Of a DNA stretch of 64,000 bases, positions 1 to 12,900 are shown one piece after another; positions within the stretch are counted from its first letter, which is position 1; every line of letters starts with the position of its first letter. Origin of the DNA: Eledone cirrhosa (lineage: Eukaryota); NCBI GenBank assembly GCA_964016885.1, contig OZ024748.1, forward strand, positions 18,414,001 through 18,478,000, in the 5' to 3' direction. The notes beneath the pieces are model-generated. The model made no database searches. It was not told the origin of the DNA and was given only the letters and a program-made list of their open reading frames with translations. The translations under genes were made by a program, and so were the position numbers.

Positions 1-227
1 TCCCAACCCTCAGTTGCCTCATATTACACCCACAACAAAAACACAAACATCTTTCGAATGGAACAAGTCAAGAGAATAAGAATTATACATATACATTTGA
101 AAATGTGAGCGTCCCAAATACACAAAATGCCTGTAAAGCAGCCAATCACTATAAACAATAGCTGAGAAAATACCTCTAGAGACAGTAAAAAAATGAACAG
201 AAGCACATATGAGGAATCAAACCATAA

Positions 228-421
228 CCCTTTACCATTTAAACCAGCTGTATCTGTTCAAACCAGTCGTAACTGGCCACTCATACAGAAATTAAGGTAT
301 TGTTCTCAAAATACGTAATATCAAAATCTCAGATTTGATATTATATGAGATAATTATGTGAAATAAAGTCTTTAGCATGAAAATACAATAGTATATATAG
401 AGTAATGTGAATGCTAAAGGG
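228..421 (+). mobile_element. piggyBac-derived MITE (~195 bp)
   Basis: CCCTTT...AAAGGG|TTAA ends; same family as 8904, 17618 and 50728. Confidence 0.8.
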
Positions 422-3054
422 TTAAATATTCTAAATACCATGTGAACATGCTAACCACTCTTGTTACCAACCTGGCCAAATCCAATTTTAGCAGTTTCCA
501 ATTTAAATTAAAACCATCAAACATAATTTCATACAAACCTTACATTAAGTTACTATCTTAGTAATGAAATAATTAATAATTTTAATAAATCCCTCAAAAT
601 TTTTCATTAATTAATTGAAACAGTGAATTTCATTACAAAAGGGGTAATGATTGATTTTCTCAGTTATTATCTATGGCGATGACTGTTATTGCAGTCATTT
701 TCTATATTTGGGAAGCTCACACATTTAAATTCTTCCATTGCTCTGTAAAGCACAAGTTTGTATACACATACATATATATATACACGTGTTGTGTGAGATA
801 AAAATCAAACTGTGCTCAATAATACATCCAAGCTATGACCAGTTCCTGCCCATAGCTGTTTATTTTATGATCCAAACTGAACCAGAATCTCCCCACAGCA
901 CTCCCACTGGAAGTAACTGTAAGAAACTCTTGCATCAAGAACTTCCACATAACAGTGCCTCCACATATTCCAACAAATAACAGTTTTACTTGCTAAAAAG
1001 TCACTGGACAGAACAGTTTCTAAAAGAAGAAAAAAAAAAGTGGTTTCTTCCATTGTAAAGAAATGTGATGTTTTTTGTCTTGTATTTGTTTTTTTTTCTC
1101 CCCCCATTTTTTTAAGAAAAAAAAAAAAAAAAAAAAAAAAAAGGCAAGCTCTTTTCCCCTGATAAAATTCTAGTACTTGTGTCTGCAAAGTTGATTTTTT
1201 TTAGTTTTTAAAATGCTTGTATATTATTAGCAAATGTTTTTCAATGTTTCATATGAATTTTTTTTTTACTGCAAGAAAAAAAAAAATTGTTTTCTTACAG
1301 ATCTAAACATAAAAGTCAAAACATAGAAGCTGAATAAATAAAAAAAACAGACGAAATTAATATAAAAAAGGTTTAAAATAAAATCAAATAAAATCTAGGC
1401 ACAAGGCCAACAATTTTTTGGAGGAAGGTAAGTCAAATTATATTAACCCCATAAATTCCAGAAGAATGCAAGTTGACCTAAACAGGATTGAACTTACAGA
1501 TAAAGTACAGCAAAGTGTTTTGTCTGATGCTCTAACTGCCAATCAACTGCCCTAATGAAAATGGAGTAATTGTATTTTAAATAACAAACAAGAGTTTAAC
1601 TGCTGATAATGAAAGGACATCTTCAGAACTTTAGAAATAATTAATACAACTTTAAATCTATTTATCAGACCAATTTTCCAACAACTAGGAGAGGGGGGGA
1701 AATAAAGATTTATCACAGCAGGTTAATTTTGAGTTTAGTAAAATATCTCTAGAGGTACAAGGAACAAATACAACAATAACAACAGATTGGTAATTAATAT
1801 TCTTTAAAGCCAACAGTCCCATGAACCAAAATGTGTTTCATGTCAATATCTTTTACCACACTGAGAAGATATACACAAACCCACCCTGGCTAAGACACTA
1901 GTGTTTCTCAGAGCAACTTCATCCATTTCCTAGTTGGTGTAAACAGACATTTAAAACACTGTCCAGAATGGACTTCCTTGGTTGGATACAGTTATTTGAT
2001 CAATGGGGCAGCCTGTTCGTGGAATTAATGTTCAAGTGGGTGAGTATTCCAGACACATGTACCTTTAATGTAATTCTCAGGGAGATTCAGCATGACACAG
2101 CTGGACCTTTTAATTACAAGTAAAGTATATCTGGCAGTCTCCCAGAGTCTCTGCTTAATTTCACACACAAAGGCTCAGGACGATCCTGAGGCTATGGTAA
2201 ATGACATTTGCCCAAGATGGCAGAAAGTGGGATCAAACTGAAGACTTTATAATTACAAAGCTTACTTCTTCACCATTCAGCCATGCTATGTCTACAACAG
2301 AAAATGCAAAAGCCAAGTATTGATGATATTAATACATTTCACATACAAAGCTAACACTCTACCACAAAAACTTTATACTGTTGATATCAAACCAACGTTA
2401 TATGTTGTTTTGCCAAGCAAATATGTTCCAAGATTTATGATTATCACCACACTCAAAGGAAGATATTTTAAAAACACCAACACCCCCCTTTTTTGGTCCA
2501 TACTGTAAACTCTTCTTATACATATAACGTAAAATAATGTTTAAAGCTGTCCCAGAACCAAAATGTTTGAAGTTAACACCATTTATCTCCTGACATTCTG
2601 TTGGTGTTTAAGAGACACATCTACCCCAGTAACTTTCCTATCTTCTCAGTTGGGTAAACAGAAATGGGATACACCTACCCTGGATAAGATGCTAGTCTTT
2701 CTCAGAGTAACTTTTCCATTTTCCCAGTTGGGTAAACAGAGACAAGTAGAATTCTAAGATGTGCCTTCTCCATGTACAGAATGCAGAAAGACACAAATTC
2801 CAGACCCATTTCATCAGAAGGTTGTTATAGGAATCATTGTAATTAACATTCAAACTAATAACAGAGGTACTTATTAGATACATAATTAATTCAATTATCA
2901 AGATTTCATTTTTTAAATGCTTGTGCCTTCTCCCCTATTTCTCTTAATTAAATTTACAATCTTCTAAGTGTAACCAAAAGAAATTTTAAAAGATGAAAAA
3001 GAAAAAGCAAAAAGATAAGCCAGAAGATTCTGCTGACAACTGCTTAACATTGTA

Positions 3055-3154
<100 letters not shown>

Positions 3155-3845
3155 CATACATACACACGCTTGTATGTATATGTGATGTGTAATGTTTCAC
3201 AGACGGATGTCCATTATAGAATTGTTGCTAGGAAAGGGGACCAGGTCATGAAAAATTGCTTCAAAAAAGGACCGCATGATGAATATGAAGTCTTTTATGG
3301 TACCTGGGCCTCAAGGCTAACCCCTGCTTCAGCAGGGAAGGAATGGGCCTTAAAACATTTGCTGTTACATATATACATACACACAAACATGTGTATGTGT
3401 GTATATATATATACATACACACATATATATACATACACATACACATGTATATATATGTATTGCTGATGTTAAATATAAAATATGCATAATGGACTTCTTT
3501 GAAGATGAGACAAAATGAGACGACATTTCATTAATTTGTCCAGCTTTCGACAAAAATTGCCCACTCATAGACATTTGGGAATCAGAGCAAGAGAGAGAGG
3601 GAGATAGAGATAGATCTAGGTAGATAGATAGAGAGATAGAGAGAATGTGACTGCTAAGACCTGTCAATGGAATGGTAAAAACAACCAAACCAATAACAGC
3701 ATCAGTAGTAGTAGTTGTAGTATTGTATATTAATTATATAAAAGCTATGTTCTTTTGAACTACTAGCCAGCAGCAAGTAAAGGTGCTGGAGACAAAAAAA
3801 GATTCCAGTCTGGGAGTACAGTTGGTTCAACATCCAATTTCTTCA

Positions 3846-3962
3846 TCAATGGACCTTCCCTTCACATTTTTGGATGGCATCAACATTCTCGGCCATCATT
3901 CGGTCAGCTTTTTTCTTCTTCTTCTTTACACATTTACGTTCAGCTGAACTTGCTAAAAGAGC
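3846..3962 (-). CDS. PA2G4: PA2G4 terminal coding exon 13 ([38 protein letters not shown])
   Basis: Acceptor ttttcag; Lys-rich tail; tandem TGA TGA stop. Confidence 0.93.
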   Translation of the reverse strand, partial: ALLASSAERKCVKKKKKKADRMMAENVDAIQKCEGKVH

Positions 3963-6900
3963 CTGAAAAAACAGAAAGGCAACGCTGGATTAATCGGTTG
4001 AGAGGAAGGAGAGGAGGATAGTATAGTCCACTCTAAGGTGGCAGATGTTAGGAAGGGTATCAAGCTGTAGAAACCAAGCAAAATACAGATGAGTGTGACG
4101 TGATCTGACCTGACTAGTTACATCATGTGACAACCCGTCTAACCCATGCAAGAGTGGAAAAATAGATGCTAAACGATGATGATGATGATATACACATACC
4201 ATTTTCTATCCACATTCCATGCTGGCATGGAATGTGGATAGAAAATGGTATGTGTATATCATCATCATCGCTAAGATATTGTTCCAAAAATAAACAAATA
4301 CCATCAAAATCTTGTCGATTTGAGATTATTGCAAGATAAAGCTTTTACCACGAAATACAACACTTAATATAGTGAACCAAAACATGTTTTTTTTAACGTT
4401 GGAAGCACAACAGATTTTCATCTTGATCGTGTTCCATATTTCACATGGTTTCTAAGACTGGATGCTCTTCCTAATACCAACAACTTTACTGAGAGTACTG
4501 GGCTAGATGCTCTAGTTTATCATCATCATTTTACGTCCACTTTTTCCCTGCTTGCAAGGGTGGGACGGGAACTGATTCTGGCTTGATTTCTACAGCTGGA
4601 TGCCCTTCCTAACACCAACCTCATTTACAGTGAGTGCTGGGTGCTTTTTGCCGTGGCACCTCCATGACCACTTTGCAATGGAATGATATGGACCCCAGTC
4701 CCTATCATCTCATTTCTACAGCTGAGTAAACTGGAGCAATGTGAAATAAAGTGTCTTGCTCAAGGAAACAACACATCACCCGGTCTGAGAATTGAACTCA
4801 CAGCCTTTCGATTGCAAGGCCAATGCTCTAACCACTAAGCCATGTGCCTCCATATATATATATATATATATATATAACTACAGGTTAGATATATATAGAA
4901 CAGGTTTACTCACCTTCAACTTTTCATCAGTGACTGAATATTCTGATTGATAAATAGAACTATCAAAAGGCGGGTTGGTGATTCTCAATGGTCCATTTGG
5001 CATTAATATTATGGTAAATTTAAACTGGGCAACATATTCACCTACATAAGAAAGACAGTTTCAGTAAGACAACATTATGATAAATTTAAACTGGGTGACA
5101 CATTTGTCTATATAGCTAGGTGACATATTCCCCTACGTAATGAAATCCAGCCGAAATAATTTCCCTTTTATTTGTTCAAACTGGCCAGACACCCACGCTA
5201 AGATATTGTTCCAAAAATAAACAAATACCATCAAAATCTCGTCGATTTGAGATTATTGCAAGATAAAGCTTTTACCACGAAATACAACACTTAATATAGT
5301 GAACCAAAACATGTTTTTTTTAACGTTGGAAGCACAACAGATTTTGGCTTGTGAAAGGAGCAATATCGATTTTGAAGGTTTTACACATGATGACATTAAA
5401 AATGAAGAAATAAAAAAAAATATGAGTGATTTATCTTCAAATGAATCAGATGTATATATATATCTCTGAATTTTCATCCGACTATCATTCTTGTTTTGAT
5501 AGTGAAAGCGAAGAAGATCTCCAGCAGGACGCCATTGAAAATGTTACAGTAACATGGTAAAAAAAACAAAAACACACCAATACACGTTCCCTATTCATTA
5601 AAAATACTGGTCCACAACACACATTACCTCCCGATGCTAAAGCACTGGATTATTTCTATACTTTTTTGCTAGACCTTCTTTGAAGCTGTGGCAAAAGAGA
5701 TAAATAGATATGCCTAACAACAAATTTAAAACCAGGGAAAACCTGATCTATTATGGAGACTGAAACGCCGCAGAAATTTGAGCATTTTTGTTTTTACTAA
5801 AAATATACGTTTGGTATAAAGCAAAGGTTTAGTGACCCTTATATATCAAGCATTATGCCAAAAAAAAAAAAAGGCATTTGAAATTACATCAGTATTTGCA
5901 CCTGGTAGATACTTCAACTGCCCCCGGTACAAATGAATCAAATTATGATCCTCTCTATAAAGTTTGACCATTACTTGATGTATTATGTGAACAATTTTAA
6001 ACTGTATATATATATATACCTGGAAAAAAATCTGTGATGATGAAGCAATGATTGGATATAAGAGTAGGGTACATTTCAGGCAGTATATGCCAGCTAAATC
6101 CACCAAATGGGGCATCAAGGTGTGGAAACTGTGAATCGGACACAGGCTACTGTTCAAACTTTGATACTTACATGGGGAAAAAACGGATTGGGATATGATA
6201 TTGTGTGGTCTCTGACTGAACCTGCCCACCCAACACAGACACATATATTTGACTGTTTTTCTTAGGTACTTCTGGAAGAGGGTCTTGCCCTCAAAAATAT
6301 GTACACCTGCAGTACAATAATGGGGAATCACAAAGGGCTGCCCCAAGAAATAAAACCAACAAAATTTTAAAAAGAGAGGGGATATTCTCCAGGTGCAAAA
6401 AGGGAACATGCTAACCACACTTTACAAAAGACAAACAAGCACATTTTATTCCTATTTTCAAACCAACAACCTTTAGCTAAACTTTCTTACAATAAATATG
6501 AGTGGGGTTAACAAATCCAACCACTATTGTGCTTATTACCCCGTTGGAGGTCCTGGAAAAAAAATGGTTGATTAAATTTACCCCAGTATTTGACTGGTGT
6601 ATTGTTTTACAGGCTTTGAACTCAGAAAGTAAAGAGCCAAACTATCACTTAAGTATTTGTGCAACACTCTACCAATTCTGCTAATCCACCATCTTAATAG
6701 CAATTGTTTCAAATTTAGGCACAAGGCCAACAATTTCAGGGGAAGGAGAAGAAAGTCAATTAAATCCATCTCAGTACTTTATCTGACCACAGAAAGATGG
6801 AAGACTAAGATGACCATGCTGGGATTTGAACTCAGAATGTAATGGGTTATGACTAATTACCACAAAGAATTCTTGTCAGCTGATTCTACCAACACAATGT

Positions 6901-9900
6901 CAGATAATGGTTTCTGATTTTAGGCACAAGGCCAACAATTTTTGGGGAGGGAAAGTCGATTAAATCAACCCTAGTGCATTACTGGTACATTATTTTATTG
7001 ACCCCATAAGAAAAGTAAAGCTAACCCTGGCAGGATTTGAACTCAGAACATAATGGACCATAACTCAGTGCCACAAAGCATGTTGTCTGACGCTCTACTG
7101 ATTAATGGTTTCTGATTTTAGGCACAAGACCAACAATTTTGGGAGAAGGAAAGTCGATTAAATTGACCCAAGTTCATTACAAGTACATTATTTTATCAAC
7201 TTTGTAAGGATGAAAGGCAAAGCTAACCATGGCAGGATTTGAACTCAGAATGCAAAGGGCCATAACTATGCCGCAAAATACATCCCACTCTACCGATTAG
7301 TAATAACCAAAATAAATACCTTCTTTTTCATATAGAACATTGTAAGGTTGCATCAATTCATGTTTGACACATTCCACTAATCCCATTTTAGCCTTCTTTT
7401 CATCTTCAAACAATCTGAAATATAGAGAAGAGAAAGAATGAGAAGAATAAAATGAGAATGAAAGGCAAAGCTGAGGAGTATATATTGAGAGCTCAGTATC
7501 TTTACAGTCTAATGTGAAGTTAAAGAGAAACAAGGTTGTCATTAGACTGATACAAGCAGAGTAATATACAGAATGTCCCACACTAGACCATTTTATATAT
7601 CATCACTGTTTAACATTCATCTTTCCATGCTTGCATGGGTCAAATGAGTTGTCTGCACCGAGGGATAAGTCTGGCCAGGATTGGCCATGCAGTACCTTGC
7701 TCTGATGGGACTGTAAATTTATATAAAATGGCCTGGTGACTTTCGGGCCACCCTATACTATAGCTATCATGAGAGACAATAGAATTTAATATACAGGGTA
7801 CAGAAAATATCTAAAAGACTTGTTAATTCTAATGTTTGTTGTATTTTTACTTGTAAAAATTGGCAGTATGAGAGTAAAAGACTTTAGTATTTCATGTGAT
7901 GCAATCATACTGCAGTTTTGTAGCATTTAAGTGTCTTCCTAATGTGGTTTTATGCAGTACAGGACATTAAGAGTCCATCCATCATGATTATAGTCTTATA
8001 TCACCTCCTACCCACCCCCAACACCTATCAAGCAATTTAATACAAAATGTGAGATACACACCGTACTGTGAATGGCATCAGCCCATATTTTTTATCAACT
8101 TCACTGAGAATTTCTGTAAATAAAAAAGACAAAATTAAAATATATACACATCATCACCACTGCTTTACATCAGCTCTCCTAGGCTCTGCATGGGTTGGAC
8201 GGGTCTTTCCCATCACAGATTACCCCTCACCCGTTGCAGTTCTTTATCTCTTCTGTGAATTTCAACAATTTGATTGGGATCAATTCACACAACCCCTGCC
8301 ATACTTGGTCTCTGAACTACAACTTCCTTCCATTGAGATTTCTTTACACTATTTCACTCAACGATATACATCACATGTCCATACCAGTGCAGCCTTCTCT
8401 CCTGCTGCATCGTATATCTCAACTATTTTATTTATATCAGTAAGACAAACCTCAGAAACAATGCCCTCATTATCACACAAGCATTATAATTACTGTCCAC
8501 TTATTTTAAAATTCGATCCCTGACTTGGGAAACATGAAAATCAAAGTCTACCCTAGAGTGACACAAGGGACATAACTGAATACCACATTTTTTTCTGTGT
8601 CCTACATATTCTTTTAAAGTGCTTATATTTATCTAAGGACCTTCCATTACAATTTTATGTGAAAACCTTTAAGTTATGCTCCAAACACCAACTTAATAAC
8701 AAGAAAGTTAGTTATATGACTAAATCCATTAAAATTTTGGTGGGATTTAACAATATAACTTTCTTATTAAGCTAGTGTTTGGAACTTAAAAGTTTGTGTA
8801 AAACTATGATAGAATTGTTTAGATAAATATAAACACTTTAAAATAAACAGTTTTGTGTCATGGAACCAATGCTAGATTTAGACAGTTTGTTATTAAGAGT
8901 TAACCCTTTAGTATTTAAACCAGCCATATCCAGCCAGAATTCTATCACCTCTTTCTGTTCAAACCGGCTGTAACCAGCTACTCATACTGATGTTAAGGTA
9001 TTGTTCTCAAAATAAATATCAAAATTTCGTAGATTCGATATTATGTGAGATAAAGCCTTTACCATGAAAATACAATAATATGTATAATGTAAATGTTAAA
9101 GGGTTAAACACCAAAACACATAGTCACTAAGTAACCTTTATAGTAACCATCATGCCTTCTCAAAGGCTACAAATGAGAACTGAAGATGCACCTAATAAAT
9201 AGAAATAAAACATTTAAGCTATGAATTTTTAATTTGAAATTAATTTCAAAACAGCAAAAGATACTTACGACGAGAAACTCTCATTTTCAACTGATAGATC
9301 ACTTCTTTTTTCTTGTAGATTGTCGTCCTTGTATCAACTTCTTTTCCCTAAAAAAAACAAAAAAAACATTATACATCACCACCACTACAGTTTAACGTCT
9401 ATTTTCCATGCTTACATGGCACCAGATATTAACCGATATAACAGGACTGGGAGCCTTATCATTAAACCCCTCCCATACATCTAACCATCTTATTTATATC
9501 AGTAATACAAACCTCAGAAACAATGCCCTCATTATCACACATGCATTATAAGTACTGCCAACTTATTCATAAATTCGCTCCCTGACCTGGGTATCACGTA
9601 AATCAAAATCTACCCCAGCACATTTTGTCTGTGTCATCATCATCATCATTTTATTTCCTTTATCCACCCCTCTAACCACTAAGTCACACACCTTCACATA
9701 ACTGTAAACTGTATTGAGTATTTACCTTTCCTTCACCAGTGCTGACTAAAATATCTATGGCGTACACTTCGTGCACATCAAATTCACATTTCTCATGATC
9801 TTTCCTGGACAAAAGTAAAAAAAAAAAAAAATACAAATCACAAATGTAGAAATGAAACAAACAACAAAAATCTATCTCTACCATTTCAAAACATCACAAG

Positions 9901-12900
9901 TTAACAGTTTAACCCTTTAGTGTTCAAACCGCTCGAAAACACCCACACTAAAAAATCGTTCTAAAAATGAATAAACCATCATCAAAATCTCGTCAATTCG
10001 AGATTACTGCGAGATTAGGCCCTTATCACGAAAATTTACACTTAATATAGTGAAACAACTTAAAACAATAAGTGTTTTTTTTAACTTTGAAAGTACAACA
10101 ATTTTTTTTTTTGTATCAACATGGCTTATGAAAGTAACGATACCGACTTTGAAGGTTTTACACACGACGACATTCAGAATAAACAAAAAAAAAAAAACGA
10201 TATTAGTGATTTATCTTCAAATGAATCTGATGTTTATATTTCTGAAATTTCGTCCGACGATGATTGTTTTGAAAGTGAAAACGAAGGAGATCTCCAGGAC
10301 GCCATTGAAAATATTACAGCAACGTGGTTGAAAAATACCACACTAATATATGTTCCCGATTTTATTCAAAATACTGGTCCACAACACACATTAGCTCCCG
10401 ATGCTAAAGCACTGGATTATTTCTTTTTGATTTTACCACAAACTTTCTTTGAAGTTGTGGCAGAAGAGATTAATCGATATGCCCAACAACAGATTTCAAA
10501 TCGAGGAAAACCCGATCTGTTTGGCGACCAACATGCTGCGGAAATGCAAGCATTTTTTACTGTAAATATTATCTTCGGTATAAAACAATTTCCAAGACTG
10601 TGGAATTACTGAAACACTGATATAAGGTTTAGTGATCCAAGTATTATGCCGAAAACAACGTATTTAAAATTAAACCAGTATTTGCACCTGGTTGATACTT
10701 CAAATGCCCCTATTAATTAATTTCACTTGCCCATAAAAGTCAAATTTGATAAAAAAAATCAGGTAAAATTATATAATTGTAAATTATTGATATTTAAACA
10801 TCTGACAAAATTTCAAGCCTGCACATAGAAAATTAAGAAAATTACAAACAAATAAAATTGATAACCCTCTTGAGTATAATTAACTTAAAATAATCATAAT
10901 CAAGGGGGTTACCAATTTTTTTTTTGTTTTTTTAAATTTTTAACTCAAAATAATTTTCTACTTTTGGCACAGGGCCAGCAATTACTCAGTACATTACTGG
11001 TACTTTATTTTATCGACCCCGTAAGAATGGGTGGTTTAGTTTCATAGTATCACAATTTAAACCAACTACAATACTTGCTCCATGCTGCCTAACCCCTTTG
11101 TACAGGGACTGACACACCCAAAATGTCAGTCTATTTCATCATCATCATCAACATTTATTTTCCATGCTTGCATGAGTTAGATAGTCACATATTGGGGCAA
11201 GACTGGCCAGGCAACACCTTGCTCACACTTCTCTTTTTGAGCTTGAGTTTTTGCAGCGTGATGCCCTTCCTAACGCCAACAACTTTACAGCATCTACTGT
11301 GAACATTTTATCATGGCTCTAGCACCACCATCTTAGAGGGTAGATTGGGTGTTATTTATCATGGCTCTAGCACCACCATCTTAGAGGGTAGATTGGGTGA
11401 TATTTATCATGGTTCTGGTACCACCATCTTAGAGGGTAGATTGGGTGATATTTATCATGGCTCTGGTACCACCATCTTAGAGGGTAGATTGGGTGATATT
11501 TATCATGGCTCTAGCACCACCATCTTAGAGGGTAGATTGGGTGTTATTTTTCATGGCTCTAGCACCACCATCTTAGAGGGTAGATTGGGTGTTATTTATC
11601 ATGGCTCTAGCACCACCATCTTAGAGGGTAGATTGGGTGTTATTTATCATGGCTCTAGCACCACCATCTTAGAGGGTAGATTGGGTGTTATTTATCATGG
11701 CTCTAGCACCACCATCTTAGAGGGTAGATTGGGTGTTATTTATCATGGCTCTAGCACCACCATCTTAGAGGGTAGATTGGGTGATATTTATCATGGTCCT
11801 AGCACCACCATCTTAGAGGGTAGATAAGGTGATTTTTATTGTGAAAATATATCCCCTAAAAAAGCATTCACTTACCTCTGTGCATCTGTAGGATTCAAAA
11901 TGATGGCCTTTTCTCCATCAATCACATGCTTTTTTAGTTGGTGTGATAACATTCCTGAAATATCATGTTACAGAATTAGTTGACTCCAGATATTGAGGAG
12001 AGAGGAACTATATTAAGAATACTAGACTTCAATTGGCAACTCCAGATATATGGGGAGAGCAACTATACTAAGAATACTATAGATTTTAGCTAGTGTTTTA
12101 ACATCCCTGAAATGAAATGTCACAGAATTAGTTAAGGGGGACTTCAGAGATTAAGGGTGTTATTAAATGAGAAACCATATTAAAGAATACTATTACCTAG
12201 TGAAGAGCAAGTACAGCACCTACGAACCTTTCAGGGTCACTGTTACTAGTGAGGAGAGGAAGGTATCCACACACTAGAGATCTAGTAATGATGTGGACTC
12301 TGCTAAAAGTCCCACAAAGTCCACAACAGGATTTGAATTGAGAAAGCAAAAAGCCAATGCAAATACAAGACACCTTGCCTGACACTAGCAATTCTGCAAC
12401 CATAGGCTAAGTACAGGACATAAACACACACACACATATAAATATAAAGTAGGCGTCTGCAGTTTGTCTACCAAATTCCACCTATAAAACATTAGTACCT
12501 GAGGCTATAGTAAAAGTCAAGGTGCTGATTGATTGTACTAAAGACAATAATAATCACTGCATGAAGCAGAATGAAATATGAGGTAGTAGAACATGAACTT
12601 CATTAAATTGACTGCCATTTCTAGCTTATTAAGCAACTGCATAGAAGTTGAAGATTTCTATAAACAGTAAAAGACATTAATCAATTAAACTTACCTTCAA
12701 CAGGTTTACACTTGAAAGATTCAGCTACCTTTTGGATGGCATCAGTGACAGTGTAGTTCTACAATAAACAAATATACATTAACCCTTTGGATACTAATCT
12801 GGCCAAAAACAAACTCTGGTACTATGAAACTAAACCACCCATTTCAAAGGGTTCCAATTTAATTAAAAAATTTATAAGAACTATATGTTAAGTTCTTAGT

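Noticed and set aside
5846-6418. 190-aa minus-strand ORF
   Set aside because: Antisense shadow of the plus-strand piggyBac transposase relic.
8068-8523. 151-aa plus-strand ORF
   Set aside because: Antisense to PA2G4 exon 10, an RTE relic and the candidate snoRNA; no protein motifs.
11345-11827. 160-aa repeat ORF ([16 protein letters not shown])n; CRISPR-like appearance
   Set aside because: Pure 48-bp tandem repeat without unique spacers; open only because the unit is a multiple of 3 without a stop; antisense in a eukaryotic intron; no cas genes.
12579-12589. TGAGGTAGTAG match to the let-7 5' half
   Set aside because: Only 11 nt, the 3' half does not match and there is no let-7 hairpin; as a target site it is intronic.
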